DNA of 63,986 bases, the filler included, from Folioceros fuciformis (taxonomy: Eukaryota), in the NCBI GenBank assembly GCA_049999805.1. It is 14 parts of 14 records of this genome, joined end to end, with 100 filler letters (N's around TTAATTAATTAA, not from the genome) between each part and the next. Parts side by side here need not be neighbours in the genome. Positions count along the whole stretch, not along the records: positions 44,258 to 56,194 come from JBNGIO010002150.1; positions 56,295 to 60,381 come from JBNGIO010002151.1; positions 60,482 to 62,722 come from JBNGIO010002158.1; 11 more parts are not named here. One strand, written 5' to 3'. Shown here in pieces: positions 46,800 through 60,813 of this stretch. The position numbers and the translations under genes were made by a program. The notes under the pieces are model-generated. The model was not told the origin of the DNA and did no database searches. It was given only the letters and a program-made list of their open reading frames with translations. Position 1 is the first letter of the stretch. Every line of letters starts with the position of its first letter.

Positions 46800-49700
46800 T
46801 TAATCATCAACGTCGGTATCGTCTGCCCGGACTTTTCTCTTTCTTCCTCGCTTCTTCGGCTGGACTGGCCCAACCTCGTAGCTTGTGGCTGAATCAAGCG
46901 CACATAAGCGCAATGCAACGGAAGTGATGTTTGATACCTTCACGGCTGCTGATAGTGAATACCAGTGCCTCCAGGATGATCGAAGGTAGTCGGTCTTTAT
47001 CATCAGTTCCAGAACAAAAAGGGCCTGTGTCACCTGGACCAACAACAACAACTGTCAGATACACTTGCGGCCAGCCTGGGACAAATTCTGTACTCAATTC
47101 AAGAAAGCACCAGGGCATTACCTCAAACAAGCACTTCGCTGCCTTCACCAATGCCCGCCATGCCCTCCGTCTGCTCTCCTCACCCTTCCCAGCTTCCAGC
47201 ATGCCAGGAGTCAACACAGCTTCCACATCAAGGATACTCATCTTCAGCCATTTCAGCAGCACAGCTCGCGAACCATCCAACGGCTTCATTGAGCTTTCTG
47301 GTATACTTAACTTCTTCCCAGGTTCCTGAGCCACTCCGGCAGTTTTGGCTACCAAAGGCCCTCCTGCTTTGGAAGGCATACCTTGCTGACCTGCCTCCGC
47401 CATAGAGTCCTTCACACCAGTTGCCGCTGTCAGGATAGCTGTAGTAGATCCATAAACTATCTCAGACTTTTCATTCCTAGACTGTACAGGGATTGAGCTA
47501 ACATCTTGTACATGAACAGGCTGCCTTTCAGATATCTGGGAACCGTTGACAGTTCCCAGGTCAGCTTGCAACTTCGGTCCACCTTCACAGATGTCACCCA
47601 ATTTGTTTTCCTGCGCCTCAAAGGAAGTCCCGTCACCAGTGATCTTGGGGGGCAGCGCACAAGATGAATTAACACCAGCTCCTGTAAAATCTGCTCCCGG
47701 ACTGCATTGGGCCTCAGATTCAGGTTCCATTACCGGCTTGCTAATCGACTCCTCCAACAAAGAACTTGAGACTGGTATATATACATCACATTCATTTTTG
47801 ACAGCATCCTTCTCTCCAGCATTGAGATCCTCACACCTGCTTTGATGCACAGAAACCGGTTCACAAAACCCAGCCTGGGTCCCTGGTGGCATATCACTTG
47901 CTTGATTCCTTTGTGTGGAAACATCTGTTGTGCCCACCATAGCAGCAGGGTAGTTCATAGGCTGGTTCAGTGTCAACAGGCCTGATACCAGTCCATCATG
48001 GGTAGCAATACTTCCAAAATTATCTACAGTCCACCCTGTATGAGGATTAGCCTCCAGTGCAAAGATATCAACCCCCCCATCTCCTGCTTCTGTGAAGCAA
48101 ATCATATCTTCAGGGCCGCCATTGGGCAGAAAACATGAATGGTCAGCTCGACTATCAGGTTTTGTACTCTCGAAACAGGTTCCCATACCTGAATTCGGAG
48201 GCTGCACACGTCCAAGTTCAGGGTCATCGGCACATGGGGGAAGTCCAGAACAGGCATCTCCCATTCTTGAGTCGGACATCAAACAAAGGGATGGATCAAA
48301 AGCAGGAGAGCACGGAAGGGCAGGAACAAAAAGAGGCCCCTCATTTGCAATGAATCCTATCTGGAGAACCCGATCTCGTGTAGAATCAGGGGTACCAAAT
48401 GGAATAAATGTTCCTCCACCATGGAGGCCCCATTTTGCAGTCGGCGCGCCTCCAAAAGAGGTTGCTACACCCAATGAATCCTTTTGACTGCCGGTCAATA
48501 GTACATCCTCAGGCTGTATGTTTTCAGACAGCTGCTTGATCTCTTGAATAATTTTTTCCCGAGAAGGCAACCTTGGAGTTTCTGATGTGCTTTGTGGCTG
48601 CTCACCAGATGCAGACAATCCTTTCCTCTTACCTAGCCTCTTGGTGCTACCTGATTTGTTTGACACAACCATATACCCGAAGCCCAAAGCCTGACCCTGC
48701 ACACCATCATGGATGCCTGATTCATCCTCAACACATCCAATCTCTAAAATACCTCCATCACTACTTTCCCGCGTATCACGAACAGCTGTAGCCCCTGCAT
48801 CCACAATCGGTAAGGCAGAAGAATCCCAATCTCCATAGATCTGCTGTCGACTTTGCACTTGTTCTGTTTGAGCATTGCCAGATGCAGAGATTGCTGGTTG
48901 CTTCTTCCTCACAGTCAGTTTCTTAGACCGATGCAACTCATGTGCCCGATTCAAGAAGGTTGAGCTGTGAATATGGCTCACATCCTTTCGTTTCCGCCCA
49001 ACTGACTCTGTAACCTTGTAGCCACCTGGCACTGGTAAGGTAGTGACAACCTTCTTGGATGCCTTCCGATTCCTCACATGCTGGCCACGACATTTGTGTG
49101 TAAACAGCTCAGTTTCGTTAGCATATGATTCATGGCAAAGCTTGCAATGTGGTCTGCCTGCCCATACAGGTTCCAGGCAAGCACATCGGAACATTGTATC
49201 AGCCTTTCTCAGGTTGGCCTTCTTCGTGTCAGACTTCCTCATGTTGCCTTTACTGCTCTTGCTATCAGAAGGCACCTCGCATGACCGAAAGGGACCAAAT
49301 ATCCTCTCAAGGATTCGCGTAGCCCTTAGGACTGGAAAACCCTTGGTAAACACTTTATCTCCTTCCTCCTGGAAAAGCATAACGCGAGAGGATGGCAGCC
49401 CTCGGTCCTGCTTCCTGTGTTCCTGCAAATCACTTCCTAATAGTCCTGCAGCCAATGACTTCTTCCACAATGAAAGATTTGCTCTCAGGGCCTTTTCTTG
49501 CTTGCTGTATCGAAGGCTGCTAATCAGTGCATCCAACTGAGACTCTGTTTCATACAGTGTCCACTGGGAACGCTCACATTTTTCATTATTGATCCCAGTG
49601 CATTCATAATCCACAGGTGGCGCCGCATCCAACTTACTGGTGTCTGCTGTACCAGCACAACGTACCACCAAACGTTCTTCCACAGCCACTTGAGGTCTCA

Positions 49701-52700
49701 TTCTTGGCCCACATATGACCCAGTAGGCGCGTCCTGAATTGTCTTGCCCAAGATAGTCTCTTCTCAAGCTCGTATTCATAATCTGCAGCTCGAGCTTCTC
49801 GATTTCTACAGTCAAAGCATCTGTACACGCTTTCTCAGCGGTATCTACAGACCCTTCCCCATCGCTTTGTTGCCTACTTCTTAGCCCAGCCACGTTAAGA
49901 GACTCTGCATGGACTGCATCTTCCTGCATCTCCGTGTGACTGTCAGGTGTGGGAATTGCAGACGGTACAACCATTTGCTTAACTGTACAACCTGCATCAG
50001 CTGGCGATTCCACTTGCAAACGTGCTTCATTCAAGGGCAACTCTGCCGGCAAGAGGCCCTTCCCCTCGTTTGAATGCAGTGTGTCTACATAACTGATTTG
50101 ACCATCCCTACACACACCAAGGATCGATTGATCTTCTGGAGGATTCCAATTAACTGCTTGCCTAGCATCCTGAATACTGCCAGTTTTATCCAAAGGTGCT
50201 TCAACTTCGATCTCAGGAATCTGATCAAGCTGAGAACTCTGTTCTAGCTTTGCACCTGACACACAGCTATTGATATCCAAGGCACCTTCTTCCCTGATCG
50301 GACTCTGCACAACCCTTTTGGGAGGTCTTCCACGTTTCCGTGCAGGCACGATTTCACCCATTTCTGTCTGTAGTTTGCGTTTCGGTGGTCTACCCCGTCT
50401 TTTTTCCAAACTTGGGTGCATATCCCGTTCTACAGCCCTGGAAAGTCCATCCTTCGGAGGTCGACCTCGTCGTTTTGCACCAACGGAGATAGTCACCTGC
50501 AGACTTTCAAATGATTTTACCTTCGGCGGCCGTCCTCGTTTGCGTTTTTGTGTCACCACAGGTGACTGCACATTTTCCAATTCATTCTCTGCAGCAGCCC
50601 TCCCTGTCGGGATTCTGCTTCGAATATCCTCTCCAGTATTTTGAAGAACCCCTCTCTCGAGACAGTCTGCACGAGTTTGTACCCTGGAACCACTGCTGAC
50701 AACAGTCCCCGCTATGGATTCCATCTCTTTCTTAATCTGCAGAACCTTTCTTGGTTGTGACCTTTCAGCAACCAGTGATTGTAATTTTTGTTGCAGCTCC
50801 ACAGACAGATCTAGGGACTTCTCCAAATTTGCCCTTACAGGTGTCGTTTGAAGGGCCTCATCACAGAGGGTTTTCAGCAAAAGCACCATCTGCAGACGAA
50901 ATTCAAACGAGAAAATATCCTCAATACTCCGAATTAAATAAGTAAAGCACTGCAGGTAAACGATAGGGGGGACATACTTCTGCAGTGCTTAACTGCCAGT
51001 ACTCTCTTTCTTCCATCCTTTCTGCTAAAGCATGGAGTGGGCTCCTTTCGATTGAAGCCCTCTCAACATAACCTCCGCTGTCTTGACCCTCACTGATGCC
51101 GCCCTCTGCCTCAGGTCTCTCAGGGAAACTGTTTTCCAGCGCCAAACACTGTGGGCAAAACCACTTTCCTTCTGGAACTTTGGCCAAGGGAGGACTCAGG
51201 CAGTATGTGTGATACTCTGCCTCACATCCATCACACAACAGTACATTGTCATAGTCAGCATCAACTCCACAAACTCTACATGATTCATCATCCCATGGCG
51301 CTTTCGCAAGTTCACCCCCTTCTGCCTTTTCAGCTAACACCTTATTGCTGTTAACATCAGGTACCGATATGGGAGCTCCAGACTTCTCAAGGGAATCCCC
51401 TAATATTTTGCCAATGTCCACAAGTTCATATTGGGCTGCGCTGGTAGCATCATCCGCCATATCCTTGCGCTTTTTCTGTGAAGCTCCTCCATGCAACAAA
51501 CTCAGAACCTGCACAAACAGAGGGCCTAGGTGACTTATTGGTTTGGGATGAAAGATGGTAGACAATGAATAACGCAACAAGTGGCAGCAAAGAGCTGCAC
51601 TGAACATCCACCACCATCACGCAGATATTCTGACGTTGAATACCTGCTTAGCATACAAATCCTCAAAGAGCTCAGACAGCTTTTGAGAGAGTCGCAACAT
51701 TTTGCTGCCATCTTTGTACACTGCTTCTGCATTCTTCCAAATCTGATGAGCAGAACAAAACATTACGCTAGAGTGACTGAAGGAGACTAAAAAGGTTAGG
51801 TGGTGCAACAACTTGAGAAAAGGCACCAGAAGGAAAAGGAAAACTGATGGCAACCATCACTACCTGTCGAACATCAGCTGCAAATCCTTCAGGGGACTGC
51901 AAATAAACTCCAGCCTCCAACCTCAAATCTATAGTCCTCAAATCCAGGGGCCTTACAACCCCAGAAACTGCCTTCAGTGACCCATCTCCGTCAGTGGCAT
52001 CAAACAGCCCATTCCCATAAAGGAAGCAGAAAACTCGGGAAGTATCAGCAGCTGCAACTTCACGAAGAACAAGGCGACAGCGCTGTGCGATCAATGCTGG
52101 CGAGGGAGCAGTAGTCCGAACCCGAACCCTGCACTTCCTTGGCTTCACTTCTTCCCCACGGAGCGTCGCTAAAACTGTGAGGACAGCATGCTGCATCAGG
52201 TCGAACAAGGACAACTAAGTGAAGACTACGTAAGCACAAATCAAAGTTCGTCCATCATAGGCCACCACCAAGACCAATTACACAGAAAAGATAAAACACT
52301 GAAACATAGAAGGTACTCACCTTTGTTGGTCCTGCCGCATTGCCTTTAAAAACTTCTTTGCTAATAGACCATTCCAGCATCGTCCTTGCCCATTCTGGAG
52401 GCCCTAGCTTGAGGGCCTCCTGGACTCTGTTTCTGATCCTTGCCCCCGTATTTGTGGGGATGTGTGCAATGGGATCAAGAACCTCAATCCAGCGTTCCTG
52501 CTCCTCACCCATCTGCTGTTCACCAACGGCTTCAACCTTGTTCTCTCTTCCACTGGCTTCGAGAGCCTTACTGCTCGCGGTAGGATCAGCTGGGTTTCCT
52601 CCACTGGGAAAACCTTTCCACAACGCCCTCTCTACATTGCCCAGAAGCTGAACACATTCATGACAATCAGACAATTGACTTGCAGACAAAAAGGACAGTG

Positions 52701-55700
52701 CTACTTCATGGCCGTCCAAGGGTGAAACAGACAAACCTGTGCATCTGCTTCAGCACCTGCCATGCCATCTAATCCCCCATACAAAACTCCACCATCCCCT
52801 TGAATAAGCCGATAAATTCTTGAATACTGCAAATTCCGCCTCTCCAGATCATCATCCTCCTTTTTCAGAGCAATGAGAGCAAGGATGTACCGATAGGCAA
52901 CATCCGGCCAGGTGATCACATTCAACGGTAGGCAAAACTCTCTCTCAGGCTCAGCCAAAGGCTCATCCTCAGGAGATTTTTTGTTGCCTGGTTTGGGCTT
53001 GAGTTCCTCAAAATCCAAACTCTGAATTCCAAGAATCTTCTGCTTCATATCGAATATGAGGAGCCTGATCAACGGAATGTGAATGTTGGCTAGGACTGTC
53101 ATACCACGACTTGCTATCTGTTGCAGGCCTTTGGTTGGTCCAACCAGGCTTTGTTTCTCACCTGTCAAGTTTCCTGGATCACACGAGACTGCAGTGTCGT
53201 TTAGCCCAACAGACTGTGAGGAGGCAGGATTGGCTTGCTCGGCAGTGATTTCTGTGGCTTCCCAATGGTCAACGAGCGCATCTTGAAAGTCCTTGAAAGC
53301 AGGCAGTTGCATCCCAACAACGTCACAAAATCTACAGAGGAACTCCCATATCTGTAAATAGGACATCAAACAACAACAGGTGATCAACAATTCGCCTGTG
53401 TAACTGACACCTTTCCTACCGATCCACATCAGTAGTGATAGACGTACTAGTGCCTTCAGAAAAACGCTGTAAAGGAGAATGCCACAGCTTTGATAACAAA
53501 ATGTTCAAGGTCACAAGCATAAGTATCCACCTGAAGGACATCGCTGCTAAGATGAGACGGAAGGTTTGCCCCAAATTGGAGGCCTGCCGGCTGATTGTTC
53601 TTGTGTTGCAGAGGACTATCTACAGCTGCTGTAACGTCCTGAGTCTCTTGATAGTCTTCAATTGATACCAACTTCTCAGGAGGCTCGGAAAGATTTTCCT
53701 CTTGGATCTCTTGATTGTCTTCAACTGATACCAGCTTCTCACGAGGCTCGGAAAGCTTCTCCTCCTGAATCTCTTGATTGTCTAACTCTGATACCAACGC
53801 CTCAGTAGGCTCGGAAAGCTTCTCCTCGGCAAGGCACGCCCCTTCTTCTGGAGGTTTTTGTGGAGAACGAGAACCCTCTACCATCCCCTCCATAGAGCCC
53901 ACCTCCTCTGAAGGTGGAGCCGGGGGTTGATCAGCTACCTGAAAATCATCTTGCTGTTCAGAATCGTTTTCCCCTAAATTCTTGCATACCTCTGCACCTG
54001 GAAGCAACAACTGCAGCTGACTTCGTGAACTCCCCTTCTCCAGAACCTGTGCCAGTCTTTCCAACAATGTGGAACAGTTCATTTCGAAGTCCAGATCCAC
54101 CACCACATTACTGGGACACAGGATTGCCTCGTCTTCATTCGAGGTATCCCGGCCAAGAAGAAGAGCCAGTGAGCTCATCGATAGTGGCTGCTTACCGCGT
54201 GCAACATCTGAATGTGAGATCACCCATTGAATAAATCGTTCTGCGAACCTTTTCCACGCTTCCGATGGAGAGTTAGCTTCAACAGCAAACTCGCCCATTT
54301 CACTGTTGAGGTCCAACTGCACATCTACCTGAGTCACAGTGTGCCCTTGCCCAATGGGACATCTACCAAGATCATCCTGCCTGCCTGCAGTACAGAGAGA
54401 TCAGATGTAAAACATGGAAAACACTGCCGAGCATTGGCCATCTTGCAGATAGTTCAACCCCCTATTGCCCCCTGACGAGACAACACAATGAAAACGGGGG
54501 CTGCTCAAGAGAGAAACTCACCTACCAACGTCGAGCAGGATCGTCTCGTCATTCTGAAAACAGAACCAGCATCGTCCACGTCTAAAATTTCACTGATGCA
54601 AAGGGATCCTGTGCTGGTATCATGCCAGGTGGACCAATGCAGCACAGGAGAAGTAGCAGATCCGTTATCACCCGCCTCTGCTGTTTCAAGCTTCTCGAAA
54701 CATGATTCGATACAAGGCTTCCCACATGAAACGGGCTGCTCCAATTTGGACTGTAACCCGAGAGACAGAGACCGTCAGACACCTTCTATAATGGACTAAA
54801 TCTGTAAAACTGAACGAAAGGGAAAACCCACCCACCTTATCAACACTGCCTTGGCTTCTGTTCTTACTCGTGTGCAGGCCAAGAAACCTAGCAACCTCAA
54901 CTCGAGAGCGAAATTTATGGTTGTCAGGCGACACAAAAGTCTTATCAACCGTATTACTACCAGCCCGCTTCTTGAGCTCCACATCCCAGCCATTTCCCAA
55001 GGTGCCATTCTTCTCAGCAATAAAACTCCTCAGCTGCTCCATGATGGCGACCTTGTCGAATGACTCAGTGGCAACCGACAGCCTCCTAGCCTTTGACTGC
55101 GCAGCCGAATCCAAAAGCCCAAGATGCCGGGCCACTTCTGCACATGATCTGAACAATTTCTGGTCTGGCGAGAAGTATTTGACGGTAGCCATTCCACTCC
55201 TATGGCGACTCGTCACATCAGCTCTCCAGCCATCTTCTAGCACACCATTTCTTTCAGCCACGTAATTCCGCAGTTCCAGAATAGCCTCAGCCTCCCTGTC
55301 ACTATTTACTTGACGCCCATCATGTTCCAAACCTTCCTTCAAAATCGAGTCAAAGAACTCGCCTGAACAAATGTCGGCCTGAAACGCATTGTCATCCGCT
55401 AGATCAACATGTATTGAGTTCAAGTCGTCGTTGAGGAGCCCAATCCCATTATCGAAACTCTCGATCATTTCACTGTCCCTGTTTAAAGTCAAACGCATCA
55501 CGTCCGCGTAGTCCAACTCCCCCCGGTATGGCACAAGTTCCTGACCCTCCACCCGTGACGGCACCTCAGCCTTACTGGCTCTCGCTCGAGTCCTAGGAGT
55601 GGGTGTGCAAACACTCTGCGCCTCTAAACCGTCGAAGTACCTGGCGACCTCTAGCTTCGAGTGGAAGCGCCTTCTCTCCGGCTGGGGCGAGAAGTAAAAA

Positions 55701-56186
55701 TGGCGGACGCTGCCCACTTTGCCATCGGGCTTCAACCTGTCCTTCACCGCAGCGGTCCAGCCGTCAAGGCACACGTTCTTGTCGGCAAGGAACTCTTTGA
55801 GCTGCTCGAGCGCCTGAAGCGATCGCGCATCCATAACCACTTCCTTCTTCTTCCGATTATTGCGAGACAAGGCTGTCCCTGACTCCGTCCCCTCGCCACT
55901 ACACACCCCATCGACTATCGCAACATCACGCGAATTCCTATCCGCCGGAGACCCCTCCCTCTCCCGCCCAAGACAGGGAAAAAAAGCGTCTGCTGCCAAC
56001 TTCGGAACTATCCTACTTGCAGGCTTCCCCGCACTCCGATCCAACTCATGGTCCCCCTTCTCGCCCCTGCAAAAGCCACACCCACGTCAGCCACCCCGTT
56101 TCGCGGACCCAGGCAAAATCCAAACCCAAGGACCCAACATGCACTTGCCTTCCGACTCTTCGCCCAGCCTCCTCCTTGCCTCCCAT
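46800..56186 (-). CDS. MBD9: Methyl-CpG-binding domain protein 9-like (3x MBD-like, FYR-like, DDT-like, bromodomain, PHD, AT-hooks, WHIM), multi-exon
   Basis: LRNYVAERNGVLEDGWR..FRSCAEVARHLGL; IWEFLCRF; PTNTGARIRNRV..PPEWAR..LEWSISKEVFKGNAAGPTK; RPLDLRTIDLRL; APWDDESCRVCGVDADYDNVLLCDGCEAEYHTYCL; LRRDYLGQD; terminal MIKTDYLRSSWRHWYSLSAA..ALRLCALDSA. 5' start tentative. Confidence 0.93.
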
Positions 56187-56933
56187 CCCCACCTNNNNNN
56201 NNNNNNNNNNNNNNNNNNNNNNNNNNNNNNNNNNNNNNTTAATTAATTAANNNNNNNNNNNNNNNNNNNNNNNNNNNNNNNNNNNNNNNNNNNNAGCTTA
56301 AGCAAGTGTTAGGTGGATGTAGAAGGGTGGTGATGGGGGTGGTGGGTGTAATTATAGAGCTTAAGCAAGTGCTAGGTGGATGTAGAATGGTGGTGATGGG
56401 GTGGTGGGTGTAGAATGGTGGTGACATTCTTAGCAATTTCTCATAGGCCGGAGTTAGGGTTAAGTTCTTGGTGGGTGTGTGGGAGATTCTTTTGAGCATG
56501 TGAAGGGATGCTGATCCTAGTACGTAGTGATGGGCAGTTCTTGGCCAAGGTAGTATAAGAACTGCCCAAGGTAGTATAAGGGGGTAGCTCTTCCATTTAG
56601 GAAGGAATAGTCTTTGGTGTGATTGCCCTTTGTGTAGGCTGCTGGGTTGGGATGCTGACCCTAGCCTCACGCACACACCCTAGCCTCAGGCACACACCCT
56701 AGCCTTAGGCACACACACAAATCTGCCTAAATCCACACCTGAATTTTTAATAAAGGACCCTGTTCTTTCCTTTATTTGCGATATGCCATCTTCACCCAAA
56801 GTTTTTGATATGGCATATTGCCCATTACTAGAACCAACTGATTTGAGTTCATACAAACCTCTCCCTGAACTTGTAGAGAGTGCACTTGCAGGAATAGCCT
56901 CACTCTTCAAGAGCTCTTCTACCATCCTGTAAG

Positions 56934-58945
56934 ATGGCGAGTCGCGAACCCCTACAGGTAGAACCTGGAGAATCAGCACACACCTCAAGCACATTAGCAC
57001 TGGTCATCACACCATTACTAACACTAAAATTGAAATAAAGGACAAAGACAGGTTCAATGGCTCAGACTTTGCAGTTTGGGAAATGCGCATGGTTGGCATT
57101 TTTGAAGAGCATGAATTCATGGATGTCGTGGATGGCTCCCTTGGTGTTCCAGCAGCAAATCTTGCAACTCTACAAGGCCAACTAGCAATTAATGTCATCG
57201 CAAAATGGCACAAGAAGGATAAGAAGGCAAGAAATATATTACTCTCTGCCCTGGATCGCAATATGATGCAACATACTCAAGGGCAAGCAACCGCACACAA
57301 TGTTTAGAAGGTATTCCAAGACATGTTTGTTGCGAAAGATTCTATGTCTCTTATCAATTGCACACGTGTTTTCTACTCACTCCGCATGAAAGACAATGAG
57401 ACCATGGAACACCATATACATAGGTTTCGAACCTTAAGAGCAAGATTAGCAGCTGCTGGAGAAACGCTAACAGAGTTGAAGGCGTCTACAGTCCTACTAA
57501 CTTCATTGCCTACAAGTTATCGAACTTTTGTCAGGTCACAGGCAACCTTACTTAGACAAGTAGGTGCAAGTATTACCTTGTCATAAGTTGTTGGAGCTCT
57601 GTTGGAATAGGAATCCAGTCGAGTTGGATCTGAAAGACCTTCTTCCTCCAATCAACAACATGTTCTCTACACCTCTCGCGGAAGAGGTAGAGGACGTAGA
57701 AGGGGACAAAGTTTTGGTCCTCGACGTCCATATTCTGCTCAGCTAAATACATTTCCTCCACGGCGAGTGAAAGGCCCATGTAATTGGTGCTGAATTCCAG
57801 GGCATTTCGAGTATGAATGCCCGAAGAAGCAAGAAGGCGAGCCACAACGAGCTACAGCAGAAACCAACATGGCGTCAGACCCATCAACAACAACAACAAC
57901 AAATCTCCAGCAATTTTGGTTGTTTGCCTATCTCTTACAAGAGCCGACATTAACATCTGGTTTCTGGACTCCGCTGCCACCAACTCCATCTACCACTCAC
58001 GTGAGACGTTCAGTAATTATACCTCTTCTACAACTAGCCAATTTGTTCTATTAGGAGATGACAGCAGACTGTCCATCTAAGGGACAGGCGAAATCAAGTT
58101 GCAGCTCAATCATGGACATAGTTTTCAGCTTAGAGGGGTACTCCATGTTCCTAATATGACCAAAAACTTGCTTTCAATACACAAACTAACTTGTGATCAC
58201 AACTTGTAGGTCATATTTACCCTAGGTTCATGTGTAGTCTCCTCAGTTTCAGAGCCCTCGCTGGTCCTAGCTAATGGTTTTCCTTACCATGACCTATATC
58301 ATCTGCATATTACCACCAAGCATGTTCAGTCAAACACACAACAAGCTTTTGTAGCAGATGCTAAACCAGTAGTAAGCCCCTCTTTCTTATGGCACTGTAG
58401 ATTAGGTCACCATAGTCTAGCATACATAGATAGGGTATTGAAAAATAAAGCCTTATACAAAGACAGGCTTACCTTCAAACATGATGCCACACTTTTTTGC
58501 GAAAGCTGTCAAGTTGGGAAACTTACTCAAAAGCCTTACAATGACCCCTCACCTATAAGAGCCACCTCTTTACTGGAAGTCATACACTCGGATGTTTGTG
58601 GACCCATGTCTACACAATCCTTTGAAGAAGCAGTGTATTTCTTGTCATTCTTAGATGAATGGAGCCACTTTTGCAAGCTCTATTTCCTTCACCATAGACA
58701 TTAAGTTTTCAGCCAATTTTAGGAATATGTAGCCATGGCAAAAACTCAAACAAGCTCCACCATCAAATGCCTACAGATTGACAATGCCAAAGAATACCTC
58801 ATTCATGAATTTATTGAATTTTGTAAGCATAAGGGTATCATTCATCAGTTGATAGTGCCCTACCATCCTCCTCAGAATCCATATGCAAAAAGGTATAATC
58901 GCACACTACAAGGTCGTTCAAGAGCAACTCTTATAATACAAGACT
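56934..58945 (+). mobile_element. Ty1/copia gag-protease-integrase, degenerate
   Basis: DRFNGSDFAVWEMRM; CNWC*IPGHFEYEC; WFLDSAATNSI; LWHCRLGH; CESCQVGK; LEVIHSDVCGPM; QNPYAKRYNRTL. Confidence 0.95.
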
Positions 58946-59246
58946 TACCGGGGTTGAAGGATCGCAAGAGGAGCCACATGGTGAAGGAGGAGAGGAGGAA
59001 GCAAGAAGGAGAGGAGAAAGAGAGGTCTCACACTCTCACAATGTCTCAATAGCAAGGGAACTCCAGGGGGTATTTATACCATCTAGAATAACTCCCAAGG
59101 AAGCTTCACAAGAAGCTGCGCAAGAAGCTTCCTACATATTAGCTTAAGCTAATCTAAATAAATGATACTTAACTAGACACTATTCTTAGACTAAACACAT
59201 TAGTCTAAGCACATTGGGCTTTAATAAGCCTACAACCTCCCACTTA
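58946..59246 (-). mobile_element. Copia 3' LTR (family C, truncated) with polypurine tract
   Basis: AAGTGGGAGGT|TGTAGGC at 59234; TATAAATACCCC at ~59067-59078. Confidence 0.8.
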
Positions 59247-59279
59247 AAGGCCAATTTACCTTCATAGGAGAGTGGTCTA

Positions 59280-60381
59280 CCTCATGCCCATGAGTGTCCG
59301 AGCTTGTGCAAATTGCTCCACAAAGAGCCCCTTGATAAGAATATCTGCAGGGTTCCGACTAGTGTGAACTTTGACAAGCTGTACCCTCGTCTTCCAATAC
59401 CTCTCGAATGAAGTCATCCTTCACTTCCACATGTTTGGTCTTTGCATGAAACACTAGATTCTTCGTCAATTGGATAGCACTTTGGCTATCACAATGCAAC
59501 ACTGGCAGCTCAACCTTGATCCCCAAATCTCCTACTAAATGAGCAAGCCACATGGCTTCCTTGCAAGCCTCAATCGGTGCAACATACTCGACCTCTATGG
59601 TAGATAGCATTATGCACGATTACAAACGAGATCGCCATGAGAATGCCCCTCCAGTGCACATGAAGACATAACCTGATGTGGACCTCCTTTTGTCCATATC
59701 CCCTACATAATCAGCATCCGTGTATCCTACGACAGATGCATCTTCACTACCAAAACATAAGCACAAAGCTTTCATCCCATCTAAGTACCTCACAACTCCT
59801 TTCACTGCCTCCCAATGCTTTCTGCTTGGGTTTAACATAAACCTGCTAACCACTCCCACTGCAAAACCAATGTCAGGACGTGTAGCAATCATTGCATACA
59901 TCAAACTTCCTACAGCTGATGAGTATGGAACTTTCTCCATTTCAGCTTTGTTCTCCGCAGAACTTGGGCAATCCTTGCTCGACAGTTTCACATATAGAGG
60001 AAACGGAGTACTCAATACCTTCCCCTTCTCCATATTGAAACGTTGAAGCACCTTGTTAATGTATTTAGTATGAGACAAGTAAAGCAAATGCTTCTGTCTG
60101 TCTTGATGAATACGCATGCTAAGAATATGGCTTGCCTCTGCCAAGTTTGTCATGTCAAAATGACCATTCAACTTTGACTTCAACGCTGAAATCTCATTAC
60201 TGTTAGTCCCAGCAATTAGCATGTCATCCACATAGAGGACCAGAATGAGCAACCTTCCATCCTTAGCTTGCTTCGTATAGAAGCAATGATCCTCATCGCT
60301 TTGTTTGTAACCTTGAGGAAGCATAAATGAGTGGAACTTGAAATACCACTCCCTGGGTGCCTGCTTCAAACCATAAAGGCT
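59280..60381 (-). mobile_element. Ty1/copia RT-RNase H remnant
   Basis: LYGLKQAPREWY; LYVDDML; TRPDIGFAVG; GYTDADY; CDSQSAIQLTKNLVFHAKTKHVEV. Confidence 0.96.
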
Positions 60382-60813
60382 NNNNNNNNNNNNNNNNNNN
60401 NNNNNNNNNNNNNNNNNNNNNNNNNTTAATTAATTAANNNNNNNNNNNNNNNNNNNNNNNNNNNNNNNNNNNNNNNNNNNNACCAAATGCCAGTAAGAAC
60501 AAGCATAAATAAATAGTACTGGTTTCTCGAAATCCGTTTAAAAATCTAAATGATCTGATCTGCAGGTTTCTCGCTACCAAGAGAAAAAAATCTGCGGGTT
60601 CCTCTCTGTAGGAGGGAAAGAGGCAGGAGCGGGTACTGAAAATCTGGTGACCTGGAACCGGGGTTTCCCGGCTATCCGGTCGCCGCAACAACATGGGACG
60701 GGGTCTGGACGGGGCCAGGACGCTGGTTTTGCTATTAAGGTAACGATTCTGAGATCGGAGGATTGGGGAAGAAGGAGCGCTCATGTCGGACCGGGACATG
60801 CTTGCGAGCGAGT

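Noticed and set aside
36849-56186. Functional cluster of methyltransferases with the MBD9 reader
   Set aside because: They lie on different contigs separated by artificial linkers, so true distance and order are unknown.
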